This document shows positions 45,876 through 55,190 of a stretch of 64,000 bases of DNA, in pieces (position 1 is the first letter of the stretch; each line of letters begins with the position of its first letter). The notes below the pieces were generated by a model. It had not been told where the DNA came from, made no database searches, and saw nothing but the letters and a program-made list of their open reading frames with translations. Origin of the DNA: an uncultured virus (IMG/VR IMGVR_UViG_3300017714_000003) (Duplodnaviria > Heunggongvirae > Uroviricota > Caudoviricetes); IMG/VR virus record IMGVR_UViG_3300017714_000003; one strand, 5' to 3'. A program made the translations under genes and the position numbers.

Positions 45876-46902
45876 AGCTTTCTCTTTCTCCATTTCTGCT
45901 TAAGTCAAGTGTTACGCAATGTAATCCACTGTCCCAGAAATATTTATGTCTAAAATCAAACGGTATCATTTCTACACCATATTTCTTTAACTCAGTTTCA
46001 ATTCTTTTATCATGACCATTTGTAATTACTGTGTTTTCGTCAATACTTACTACATTTAAATCAAATACTGTTTCGTCTACATATCCAATCCAATGTGATA
46101 GCCAATTTTCTACTTTATCTTTATAGAAGTGTTGTATTCTCATTTCATGAAACCACTCAGGTAAATCCCATGGTGTTAAAATAATCTTATCCCAATGTTT
46201 TAATTCTTCGGGAATATATTCTTCTTTCCATGTCATTAGTAATCCTGGTTTAATAATTGCTAACATACCATCGACATGTCCACACTCAGGTACTTCTATC
46301 CATTTAGTTTCACAACCTATATTTCTTTTTACCCAATCTAATCCTGTTCTTGTGCCTCTTGCTCCAAAGTCTCTGCCTTCAGAATCATTATAAGGTCTTG
46401 AATGAATTAATGTATCTCCGCATTTTATAATATTTGCGGCATGATACATTATCTGAGGTTCCATTGTCTCATAATGTTGATACTGAGATTGTAATAAAGG
46501 TCTAGGCATTGCAATATAGTTTCTTCCTTCTTTATGTTTTTCTAACATTATATCTAAGAAGTAATCACTTTCAGTATATCTATTACAGTCACCACCTATA
46601 GTATTGATAATAGTATCTCCATAAACTATATGATGGTCACGAGGACATATAGCAGGATATGGAAAATCTGATTTCCATTGTCTTGTACTTTCAGATTTCA
46701 AAGGTAGAGGATTTGGTCTGTGAACTTTAACACCTGCTGATTTAAATATATCTGATAATTTTTGAAAATCTTGCTCTGTTTCTTCTAGTATCTTTGACAT
46801 ACTATCAACAAATTGTGTATCATCGAATTGTTCTAAAGACTTTGTATCATAAGTGGAACCAACAATAATCTCTGTTAGTTTATCCCATTCTGTCCATATC
46901 AT
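45868..46902 (-). CDS. amidinotransferase-family (pentein) enzyme
   Basis: EWDKLTEIIVG, CPRD, AANI, GHVDG, GLHCVTLD; late promoter 46934-46941. Confidence 0.85.
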   Translation of the reverse strand: MIWTEWDKLTEIIVGSTYDTKSLEQFDDTQFVDSMSKILEETEQDFQKLSDIFKSAGVKVHRPNPLPLKSESTRQWKSDFPYPAICPRDHHIVYGDTIINTIGGDCNRYTESDYFLDIMLEKHKEGRNYIAMPRPLLQSQYQHYETMEPQIMYHAANIIKCGDTLIHSRPYNDSEGRDFGARGTRTGLDWVKRNIGCETKWIEVPECGHVDGMLAIIKPGLLMTWKEEYIPEELKHWDKIILTPWDLPEWFHEMRIQHFYKDKVENWLSHWIGYVDETVFDLNVVSIDENTVITNGHDKRIETELKKYGVEMIPFDFRHKYFWDSGLHCVTLDLSRNGERESYV

Positions 46903-46944
46903 GTATTATCCTAATTAACTTCTAATATAATACTATTTATGCAT

Positions 46945-46971
46945 AAAAAAAGGGAGCCTAAACTCCCTTTT
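46945..46971. terminator. rho-independent terminator
   Basis: A-run-GGGAG-loop-CTCCC-T-run. Confidence 0.8.
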
Positions 46972-46994
46972 AATTTTAGATAAGTTGAAAATTA

Positions 46995-48278
46995 TTAATA
47001 TACTTGTGTTGTGCCGTTATATTCGAACTGGTCAGAGTAACCATTTGTACTTCTTCTATGATGAGAAAACTCATATTTATAGCCATCAGTATCATATAAA
47101 GTAAGCCATGTAGTATTTTCATAATTATTAATTACTTGTCCTTCAAACAATTGGTCAAGTACTGTTGCTCTTGCACCGAATTGAGAACCGTCATAATCAA
47201 TGTTCCATCTTGTATAACTTGTCTGAGAATCTTTTGTAAATCCTGATATACGATATCCAGTTGGTGCATGAATAGTCGTGTATGCAGTATCATTTAATCC
47301 CCAAATATGATATGCACTGTTAGTTGTCAAATTAAACACATTAGACGGTATTGTATCACTTAATTCTATTATTCTACCTGATGGGGCATGTGCAAATTTA
47401 ACGATTGTTACGTCTGTAGTCATACCATTTGCAGTCCAATCAGGGTGGTCACTAGACATGTCAACATGGTCATTTACGTAAGAATTTATACTAGTATTAT
47501 AACTAGCACCTGTAATACGTAGATAATGAGTACGTGCTTGTGCTGGTGTTGACGTTGATGTGTCGTTAATTGTAATGTATGCAGTCTCGGCTACCGTTGT
47601 GGCTGGGAAAGCTAGACCGTTTAAATCTGTGTTATGAACCTTGCCTTTAATTCTTTCTATACCGGTACCATCATCCATGTCATCTGCATTAATTGTTATT
47701 TGAAAAGTAGCAGTATTATTATTAACTGTTATTATTTGTGTTCCAATTGGATAGCCAGGAGCGGAACCGTCTTGTGTTCCATCGGTGACACCGCCACCAG
47801 AGATATCAGTGTTGAAGTCAAAACTACTACCTGTAGTATGTTGCCCAGTAATTGAGGTCAAGAATTGAGTACCATCTGCTACAAGTGTTGTAGTAAATGT
47901 AAATGTTATTGTTGTGCCTTCGTTTACACTTGTTCCTGCATTATGTGTTAATGCATAAGTAGGTGTTGAAGGAGTGACAACGTTTGTGTTTTCTGGATTT
48001 GTTTTCCATGCGGCTGTTACAGCCGTATCTGTTATTAGTCCATGGTCTTGTGTGTCAACCACTGCTAAATCGTTTACTGTAGATAAGTTAACATAACCAC
48101 GTGTACCTGATGTTGCTCCTAAAGAACCTCTGTGTAGAGCACCTCTTGTTGGTAAGTCATCTGCCGAATCTGTTATTACTCCGAAGTCTTCTAGTTCCGC
48201 TAACCAGATAGAACGTCTTACTCTTACTTTTGGGCCAGCACCTGAGTTCTGCCAAGTTATACCACGATATTTTGCCAT
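46995..48278 (-). CDS. virion fibre/decoration protein; shared N-terminal module plus Ig/Calx-beta-like domain
   Basis: first 101 aa about 90% identical to next gene; SVNEGTTITFTFTT...ITINDTS. Confidence 0.65.
   Translation of the reverse strand: MAKYRGITWQNSGAGPKVRVRRSIWLAELEDFGVITDSADDLPTRGALHRGSLGATSGTRGYVNLSTVNDLAVVDTQDHGLITDTAVTAAWKTNPENTNVVTPSTPTYALTHNAGTSVNEGTTITFTFTTTLVADGTQFLTSITGQHTTGSSFDFNTDISGGGVTDGTQDGSAPGYPIGTQIITVNNNTATFQITINADDMDDGTGIERIKGKVHNTDLNGLAFPATTVAETAYITINDTSTSTPAQARTHYLRITGASYNTSINSYVNDHVDMSSDHPDWTANGMTTDVTIVKFAHAPSGRIIELSDTIPSNVFNLTTNSAYHIWGLNDTAYTTIHAPTGYRISGFTKDSQTSYTRWNIDYDGSQFGARATVLDQLFEGQVINNYENTTWLTLYDTDGYKYEFSHHRRSTNGYSDQFEYNGTTQVY
47976..48278 (-). repeat. 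about 300-bp coding repeat, copy 1
   Basis: near-identical to 49254-49559. Confidence 0.85.
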
Positions 48279-48290
48279 CTATATATCTCC

Positions 48291-49559
48291 TTATGAATCT
48301 TTAACTGCTCCAGATACAAATACAAATTTGCCTTTTGGTCCTGGAGTATTTGTACTATTTGCTCTACCACCTAAATAATAGTTTGTTCCAGTTACTGCAC
48401 CATAGTTTACACCTATTTCACTGCCATCCCAATCATTTACGGGTGTCACATAAGTTGATGTATACCCATTATCGCTTCTAGGTAAACTTGTGCTACCTGA
48501 ACCATTTGGATAACCACCGTAAGCCTCAATATATGCAGGCGGGGCTGAACCCGACATTGAACCTTGTTGAATAATATTTGTTGTACCATCAGTTGAATAG
48601 TACGTCTGAAAACTAGTTGAAGCAGTAATTGTTGAAGTCGTTGTTCCATTACTACTTGATGTTCCTGCTCCTGATGAAGTTATAGCAAGAATACTATTTG
48701 TTGCAACACCGTCTATAGTTGTACCTGTTGAAACGCTTGGATCATAAATCATTATCTGACCTGCACCACCAGTACCGCCTGTATAACTATTTGCGTAAGA
48801 CAGAGAACCTCCATTATTTGGATCACCCCAAACACCTCTTTGGGCATTTTGTCCTGGTCTTACAAATAATGCACCATTTGCCGGAACTTCAATATCCCAG
48901 GCGTGTATTACTTGTTGACCTGACTCTTGGTTTGTTGCATTGTTTCTGCTAATACCCATTGCTTGATATGAGTAAACTCTATAAGTTGTAGATGAAGATG
49001 TTGAAGGATTATTGATTCTACGCCAACCAATAATAGGTGTATCACCTGAACCACCAGTTGCCGATGTAACTACTTCATATCCACTATCACCTGGTTCTTG
49101 ATTACCTGATGAAGTGGTAGTTTGCATAGTCTTAGCAAGTCTGTAAACGCCCATAGTATTACTTCTGTTTACTGGATTTGCACTGTCTCCGAAATTCCAA
49201 CTTGTAAAGTTAGAAGAAGATTGAATTGCAAAATCTGCCTGTGTTGCTGGGACAACCACGTTTGTATTTTCTGAATTTGTTTTCCAGATAGCGGCTGATA
49301 TAGCTGTATCTGTTATTAGTCCTTGGTCTTGTGTATCGACCACTGCTAAATCATTTACTGTTGAAAGGTTTACATAACCACGTGTACCTGATGTAGAACC
49401 ATTAGAACCTCTGTGTAGAGCACCTCTTGTTGGTAAGTCATCTGCGGAGTCTGTAATTGCTCCGAAGTCTCCTAATTCTGCCAGCCAGATAGAACGTCTT
49501 ACTCTTACTTTTGGTCCTGCTCCGGCATTTTGCCAGGTTAAACCACGATATTTTGCCAT
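48291..49559 (-). CDS. virion fibre/decoration protein; shared N-terminal module plus G/S/T-rich C-terminus
   Basis: same N-terminus; late promoter 49603-49610, GGGAG RBS. Confidence 0.65.
   Translation of the reverse strand: MAKYRGLTWQNAGAGPKVRVRRSIWLAELGDFGAITDSADDLPTRGALHRGSNGSTSGTRGYVNLSTVNDLAVVDTQDQGLITDTAISAAIWKTNSENTNVVVPATQADFAIQSSSNFTSWNFGDSANPVNRSNTMGVYRLAKTMQTTTSSGNQEPGDSGYEVVTSATGGSGDTPIIGWRRINNPSTSSSTTYRVYSYQAMGISRNNATNQESGQQVIHAWDIEVPANGALFVRPGQNAQRGVWGDPNNGGSLSYANSYTGGTGGAGQIMIYDPSVSTGTTIDGVATNSILAITSSGAGTSSSNGTTTSTITASTSFQTYYSTDGTTNIIQQGSMSGSAPPAYIEAYGGYPNGSGSTSLPRSDNGYTSTYVTPVNDWDGSEIGVNYGAVTGTNYYLGGRANSTNTPGPKGKFVFVSGAVKDS
49254..49559 (-). repeat. about 300-bp coding repeat, copy 2
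   Basis: near-identical to 47976-48278. Confidence 0.85.
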
Positions 49560-49610
49560 CTTAGTCTCCCTTAGAATAACTCTTTTTAATCTCTGTTAAT
49601 CATATTTATC

Positions 49611-49640
49611 AAAAAAGCAGTCTAAATAAAGACTGCTTTT
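49611..49640. terminator. rho-independent terminator
   Basis: A6-GCAGTCT-loop-AGACTGC-T4. Confidence 0.8.
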
Positions 49641-49657
49641 AAATTTTAATGAATTTT

Positions 49658-50023
49658 TTATTCTTGGTGGTCTTCGTGGCCATCCATGTCGCCACCGTCA
49701 TGCCACAAATCTTGCTCTGTTAACATTTCGCCATTTGCTCCTGCCCATGGTGAATGCATTGAGTTATCCCAATCAGTTGAATGAGTGTCATAGTCTACAT
49801 TTTCTGCAGGTACATAAGCCCATGTCATTTCTGCTTGGTTTTCCTGATGTGATTGATGTTCCATTAGTTCGTGCATTAGGTCACGTGCATTTTTTCTTTT
49901 ATCAAGTTCGATGCCACATGCTCTACCTTCTGCTTCCATCATGTCTTTGACATGTTTTTCCATTTCAGAAGCCTGACGTTGCAGGTCTTCCATCATCTGG
50001 ATCATAGTTTCTGAATGATACAT
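49658..50023 (-). CDS. Met/His-rich acidic small protein
   Basis: about 13 Met and 10 His in 121 aa; GAGGAG RBS; CTAAATA promoter 50071-50077. Confidence 0.65.
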   Translation of the reverse strand: MYHSETMIQMMEDLQRQASEMEKHVKDMMEAEGRACGIELDKRKNARDLMHELMEHQSHQENQAEMTWAYVPAENVDYDTHSTDWDNSMHSPWAGANGEMLTEQDLWHDGGDMDGHEDHQE

Positions 50024-50097
50024 TAGTGTGTCTCCTCTTCACACTTGATAGAATTATCAAGTTGTAACTGTATTTAGAGGATTCTTTAAATTATTGA

Positions 50098-50898
50098 TTA
50101 TTTGTTAGAATTATGAGCCGCCGCCATAGAGCCGACTGCTTTAGCACCATGCTTGATAGCTTTTCCTGCCAACTTTGCCGCACCGCCGACAGCCTTACCA
50201 ACAGCTATTGCCGCCAATGGAAGTACTTCATCTACTTTTTCGTTGCCTGCAAGTTTTCTTAGTCTAGCTAATTCTGTGCTTTCTTCTTTTACTTTATGAT
50301 GAGACTTGCCACATTCTTCACATGGGTCTTTTCCACAATCACAATCACATTTTGCTTCATTGATTGATTCGTCAGCTTTTTCTTTTTTATCTTTAGCCGC
50401 TTTTTTCATTGTTTCTTTTTTATTGCCGTCTTTATCGATATCTGCAAAATCTGGTTTTGCTTTTTCTTCTACTTTGTCATCTTTGTCATCTTTGTCATCT
50501 TTTTTACCTTTTTTCTTATCTAGGTATGCTTGAAGACCTGGATTAACTTTACCTTCGTCAACTGTTTCAAATTCATTCATTAAAGATTCAAAAATTTCAT
50601 TTTCATCTAGTGAATATTCTAACGGGTTATCGCCTCTTGAAGGTTGTAACTTTTTAGGTTGTTTTGAAATGCTTTCTGGAGATTTCTTTGAGTAATCGTC
50701 TAAATCTAACTTGTCATTAGCCGGTGTAGCCTGATATTCGTTTTCTTCAACACTTTCCATACCACATTGTGGTTCTGATTGCATACCTGCAAGTTGCATC
50801 ATACGTAGAACTTCTTCTGGATGTTCTGTGCTTGTGTTCGATGTAGTAACTGACTTTCCGTTATCATCAGTAACAGTTAAATTATAATGTTTGCTCAT
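50098..50898 (-). CDS. charged low-complexity protein, candidate internal head protein
   Basis: two LRxxxLAG-type motifs, PDFADIDKDG, many V/I-x-E sites. Confidence 0.6.
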   Translation of the reverse strand: MSKHYNLTVTDDNGKSVTTSNTSTEHPEEVLRMMQLAGMQSEPQCGMESVEENEYQATPANDKLDLDDYSKKSPESISKQPKKLQPSRGDNPLEYSLDENEIFESLMNEFETVDEGKVNPGLQAYLDKKKGKKDDKDDKDDKVEEKAKPDFADIDKDGNKKETMKKAAKDKKEKADESINEAKCDCDCGKDPCEECGKSHHKVKEESTELARLRKLAGNEKVDEVLPLAAIAVGKAVGGAAKLAGKAIKHGAKAVGSMAAAHNSNK

Positions 50899-51461
50899 TT
50901 TTTATCTCCTGAGATAACAGATGGACTAGATTTTTCTTCTGTATCCATTTGTTCTGGTGCTTGGTCTCGTACTTCTTTCGGACTTAGTTCATTTTCTACT
51001 GTGTCAGTTTCTTTTGGTGTTAATGACTTTAGAAAATCACTTATGAAAGTACGACCATAGTTTGCACCATCGTCTGATTTTGATTCTTCTTCGGAAGTAA
51101 GTTTTGCTTCTTTGTTTTCTTCTGCTTCTTCCTCTGTTGGTTCCCATCCTTCTGGATGTACTGCAACGTGTGTTAAATGCATACCTAACAAATCAGAAAG
51201 TTGTTGACGTAAGATATCGGCTGATACAGGATAACCTGTAACAACATCAATCTTCGATACTTCTGAATTTTCTACCTCTTTAAAGAACATTGGGTTTTTT
51301 GATACTGGTGTAGTAGATGTTTTTGACATCGTTCTAAGGTCATATTTGCCTAAAAACTTTTCAATTCTATCTTCTGCATTAGTATCTAATTCACAGCAAA
51401 AACGCATTGTGAATTTATGTTCTTTTTCTGATTCTGTTAAAAACTCTTTAAATTGTTTCAT
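50895..51461 (-). CDS. candidate internal head protein with capsid-targeting-like N-terminus
   Basis: MKQFKEFLTE resembles the T4 IPIII CTS MKTYQEFIAE; late promoter 51485-51492. Confidence 0.6.
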   Translation of the reverse strand: MKQFKEFLTESEKEHKFTMRFCCELDTNAEDRIEKFLGKYDLRTMSKTSTTPVSKNPMFFKEVENSEVSKIDVVTGYPVSADILRQQLSDLLGMHLTHVAVHPEGWEPTEEEAEENKEAKLTSEEESKSDDGANYGRTFISDFLKSLTPKETDTVENELSPKEVRDQAPEQMDTEEKSSPSVISGDKK

Positions 51462-51483
51462 GTTGCTCTCCAACGTACTACTC

Positions 51484-52047
51484 TTATTTATCATTTTTGT
51501 TATTTTTTTCTGGTTTTTTACCAGTTACTTCATCTGCAACCTTTTGTGCATTAGCAATTCGCTTCAATAATTCGTTTCTATCAAGGTTTAGAGAGCCTTC
51601 TGACTCTAATTCGTTGTCATCTTTGCTAGTATCCCTATCTTTTTGATGGTCTAGCTTCGCTTTTTGCAACTGTAGATTAATCATTTTGAGTTTTCTGTCT
51701 ACTTTACTGTCTTTGGCTTCTTTAGCTGTCTTTAATAGCTGATTTGCTGTCTCTAATATCTTTGCACCTGCATGTACTTCTACATTCATACCTAATTGCA
51801 GTAAATCTTCAAATGTTTGCATGGCTTTTCCATGAATATCGTCCATTTCTCTGTCATGTTCATTTAAATCTGATACCATAGGAAGTGATGCATCGATTTT
51901 CTCTGCATTTTTCATTTCAGTATTGATGATTTTGGTAATTTCGTTAGATTCTTCTATAGAAGGTGTGTCACGTTCAACTTCATTCTCATATGTCTTGTCT
52001 TCTTCCGCGCCTGTAATGTTAAACGTTTCTTCTAATTTTTTAGTCAT
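51484..52047 (-). CDS. helical late protein, possible terminase small subunit
   Basis: size, helical, LDRNELLK near C-terminus; next to gp4-like gene; late promoter 52079-52086. Confidence 0.4.
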   Translation of the reverse strand: MTKKLEETFNITGAEEDKTYENEVERDTPSIEESNEITKIINTEMKNAEKIDASLPMVSDLNEHDREMDDIHGKAMQTFEDLLQLGMNVEVHAGAKILETANQLLKTAKEAKDSKVDRKLKMINLQLQKAKLDHQKDRDTSKDDNELESEGSLNLDRNELLKRIANAQKVADEVTGKKPEKNNKNDK

Positions 52048-52097
52048 CTGTTATTCCTATTATATCAGTAGTTAATAGTATTTATCATTGCTAAAAA

Positions 52098-52559
52098 TTA
52101 TTTCTTTTTTCTTTTGACAGGTTTAGGCTTTTTTGTGTTTTGATATATGTCACCTTCGTTTAATACACGAAAACGCATGCCTCTTTTCTTAGCCCAAGAG
52201 GTTGCCGCATCCCATTTAGCAAAATTCTGTACAACAGCCGCTTTGTCTGTTCTTCTTCTTGCTAATTCTGGGTTAGATTGTGTTGAAGGTTTGATTTCAA
52301 CCAACTCTGCATTCTTATTGCCCTTTTTATCCATATAAACAATGATAAAGTCAGGAACGTATCCAGTAACTTTGCCATTTAAAGGGTTTTGATATGTTAT
52401 CTTACAAGGTTCACTTGCCCAAGCTACAACACTTGGATTATCATCACAGAAATTCATGAAAGTGTGTTCCCAACTACTTCTAAAAGTAGGCTCACCCCTC
52501 CCAGAGTACTTCTGTGGGTTTTTTATTGTATATTTTCCTTGATGATATTTCTGTCTCAT
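52098..52559 (-). CDS. head completion nuclease (T4 gp4-like, TnsA-type)
   Basis: NPQKY.G, FRSSWE, WASE, YVPDF, VEIKP, N.AKW.AA. Confidence 0.9.
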   Translation of the reverse strand: MRQKYHQGKYTIKNPQKYSGRGEPTFRSSWEHTFMNFCDDNPSVVAWASEPCKITYQNPLNGKVTGYVPDFIIVYMDKKGNKNAELVEIKPSTQSNPELARRRTDKAAVVQNFAKWDAATSWAKKRGMRFRVLNEGDIYQNTKKPKPVKRKKK

Positions 52560-52825
52560 TTAATAATTGCTCTTTGGACCATAGCGTTAGGTTTAGATGG
52601 TTTTATTGTACCAGTCTGATAACCAAATCTCAAAGAACTATTAATTACAAATGCGCCTAAATCATTTAAGTCAAAGTTAGGTTTAATTTCATCGACTAGT
52701 TGGTATGGATTTAGTCCGTAACTTCTTGCTACGTTTGTTATTTCTCTAGCAAACGTATCTGCTTTGGCTTCTGTGAAGCCTTTCTTTCGGAATTTTGCCT
52801 TTAATACATCTATGTCGAATGCCAT
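52556..52825 (-). CDS. hypothetical protein
   Basis: 89-aa ORF in the tail/head operon. Confidence 0.65.
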   Translation of the reverse strand: MAFDIDVLKAKFRKKGFTEAKADTFAREITNVARSYGLNPYQLVDEIKPNFDLNDLGAFVINSSLRFGYQTGTIKPSKPNAMVQRAIIK

Positions 52826-52826
52826 C

Positions 52827-54437
52827 TTATAAACCCCTCGTTAAATTCTTTAACACATTAATAGAAGATTGTGCGTTGTTAAGTGAAGTAGCATTTGCCG
52901 ATGTTCCATTTGAAGGGACAGTAACAGTCTGATTTGCTTGTCCACCACTTCTTGTATTTGAATTATTAATACCGTCTCTAACTAAATCTCCTAAGATACC
53001 GAACTTACTTTGTTTCGTTTTACTTAAATTCTGTATAGAACCGATACCCGAATTTCCTAAAAGGCCTTGAGCCGCTGAATCTCTTATGTTACCCCAATTA
53101 ATACTTCTTCCATTGAAGAAAGCATTTACTAATTCGTTTTTAATCGCTCCTCCTAAGTTACTTCCACCGTATCTTCCTGTACCGCCGTCATATGTGTTAC
53201 CTAAGTTGGCAAAATCTGCTATTTGAGGATATTTTGTTTCTGGAACAAAAGGATCAGTAAATCTTTCATTTGTTGGAAGAGCCTCTACAAACTGATGTCT
53301 TGATTTTGCTTCTTCAAATTCTGCTTGTGCAATTTCATTCTGTGCATCTAACACATTTGAAAATTGAGCAGGGTCAATGTCTTGGCCATTGAATTCATTC
53401 ATAGGTAAACCAGAAAATTTTACTGCATTATTAAGTTTTGTTAACTCATCAAGTTTTTGTTGATTGATAAGTGCTTGTGTTTCCGCAGTTTGGTTAGCAA
53501 GTGAAGACCTATCAGTATTCTTTGACCAGAAAGGAAGTTCTTGTTCTTCGTTTACTGCACTAAGAACATCACTTGGATCTTTCTTAAATTGTGCTAATAG
53601 GTCATTAAGTCTATTATTCCATTCATTCGTCCCTGCTTCTGTGTCACGAACACTTGATTGACTAACTAAAGACTCCAGTATATACGGTTGACCATCTGTC
53701 ATCCATTTAGGGAATGCTATCTCATCTGTAACTGTTTCGAATGTGACATTTTCTGGTTGCAGATTAAAGTCAATCATCTTTAATTGTGCATCGGCATAAT
53801 CACTCGGTGAGAAATTAATAGATGTAACTAAAGGGTTAACTAGTGTAATTTTTTGAATTTTTCCTGTGCCTACTTGGTCATGTACAGTACCAGTAAAGTC
53901 AGTTGGACTTGGTGCACCGTCTAAGTTACCAAAGAAGTGAAATATTACAACTTTTTCAAAATTTTGATGAAATGATTTTCCAGATGTTGGGAACCTTCTA
54001 CCTTGATTTATATCAGCAATACTTTTTTCTATATTTGCTGTATCGGTTGGTATATCACTGTTATTAAAAAATCTTTTATAGATATCTTTCATGAAGTTAA
54101 AAGTATCACCATTAATAGTATCATACATACTAATCGATACTTCACCAAAATCTACACGTGTAGGAATATATGTTCGTTTACCATATCTATCGATTGGTAC
54201 AGTGGAAGTGGCAATAGATACCCCACCTACTGCTTTAACGAATCTGTTATTTGGAAGTGATTGGCCTAAGGCGCCTGATTCAACTGTGTGGAATTCCACA
54301 TACCACATATCTCCAAATTTTGGAGCTGTAGTAATGGGTCCGACGCCGTCGAACCCAAATCTTTTTCTGGCATTACTGCTATCCTGAACTACAATATTGC
54401 CTTGCTTATTGTTGCCGCCTTGTTTCTGTGTAGCCAT
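52827..54437 (-). CDS. tail-tube-related baseplate protein (gp48/gp54-like) with extension
   Basis: tube-like pattern YGKRTYIPTRVDFGEVSISMYD, LVNPLVTSINFS..DY; follows gp19. Confidence 0.6.
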   Translation of the reverse strand: MATQKQGGNNKQGNIVVQDSSNARKRFGFDGVGPITTAPKFGDMWYVEFHTVESGALGQSLPNNRFVKAVGGVSIATSTVPIDRYGKRTYIPTRVDFGEVSISMYDTINGDTFNFMKDIYKRFFNNSDIPTDTANIEKSIADINQGRRFPTSGKSFHQNFEKVVIFHFFGNLDGAPSPTDFTGTVHDQVGTGKIQKITLVNPLVTSINFSPSDYADAQLKMIDFNLQPENVTFETVTDEIAFPKWMTDGQPYILESLVSQSSVRDTEAGTNEWNNRLNDLLAQFKKDPSDVLSAVNEEQELPFWSKNTDRSSLANQTAETQALINQQKLDELTKLNNAVKFSGLPMNEFNGQDIDPAQFSNVLDAQNEIAQAEFEEAKSRHQFVEALPTNERFTDPFVPETKYPQIADFANLGNTYDGGTGRYGGSNLGGAIKNELVNAFFNGRSINWGNIRDSAAQGLLGNSGIGSIQNLSKTKQSKFGILGDLVRDGINNSNTRSGGQANQTVTVPSNGTSANATSLNNAQSSINVLKNLTRGL

Positions 54438-54453
54438 AATAGCCTACCTCAGA

Positions 54454-55053
54454 TTAACCAAGAATACTTGAATTATTAACGAATGTTGTGTCAGGCATAA
54501 TTTCAGTATCAGTGAATACTGCGTTATCGTACTGTAGTGTTAGTGCGATTGTCACAGGATCTGAAACTGAGTAATCTGACTGAGAATAATCTGCATTCTG
54601 AACAAAACAACCTTCTAGTTGCCATTGTTCGTTTGGATTGCCTGAGTTACCGTCAAGTATTTCAATTAATGTAGAAAACTTGTAGTTAGTACCTGCCGCC
54701 GGACCAGCTTGATTTCTGTGGTTCAACTGTGATTGTACTTGTCTACCTACTAGTTTAGTTAAATTGTTTGCAATATCATCACGTAGAGTAATTGTGATAG
54801 GTTCCCAAGTGTGTTTACCCATCATATACATACGAGAGTTATATGAATCTACAGGAATTGATTCGTGTGTAATCTTTGGACGAGTTACGTTCATAACTTG
54901 TCTTGTGAATTCGGTAGTGTTTGTAGCCACTCCACCGAAACCTGCTACTTGAACACGGAAACGATAGTTTAATTTAGGCTGTAGAATACCTGAGCCAGTT
55001 ACGCCATCGCCGCTGTCTGTAGGTACACCAAAAGTATTTAATGTTCTTGCCAT
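54454..55053 (-). CDS. tail tube protein (T4 gp19-like)
   Basis: QPKLNYRFRV, GKHTWEPITITLRDD, WQLEGCF, LTLQYDNA; late promoter 55099-55106. Confidence 0.88.
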   Translation of the reverse strand: MARTLNTFGVPTDSGDGVTGSGILQPKLNYRFRVQVAGFGGVATNTTEFTRQVMNVTRPKITHESIPVDSYNSRMYMMGKHTWEPITITLRDDIANNLTKLVGRQVQSQLNHRNQAGPAAGTNYKFSTLIEILDGNSGNPNEQWQLEGCFVQNADYSQSDYSVSDPVTIALTLQYDNAVFTDTEIMPDTTFVNNSSILG

Positions 55054-55137
55054 GTTTTTGTCTCCTAAAAAGTTTCGAAACTTTACTTTATATAAGAGTA
55101 TTTATCTTTTATGAATATAATTAAAGTTGTAGTTAAT

Positions 55138-55163
55138 AAAAACCCGACATTACTGCCGGGTTT
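55138..55163 (-). terminator. rho-independent terminator after tail sheath
   Basis: AAACCCGGCAG-TAA-TGTCGGGTTTTT on the minus strand. Confidence 0.7.
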
Positions 55164-55190
55164 CTAAGATTTTTATTGGTTTTTCTCAGC

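Noticed and set aside
46995..49559. Diversity-generating retroelement template/variable repeat pair
   Set aside because: Repeats are N-terminal, both coding, differences are not adenine-specific, and no reverse transcriptase is in the window
50472..50500. 9-bp tandem repeat CTTTGTCAT x3
   Set aside because: In-frame low-complexity KDD coding; no phase-variation potential
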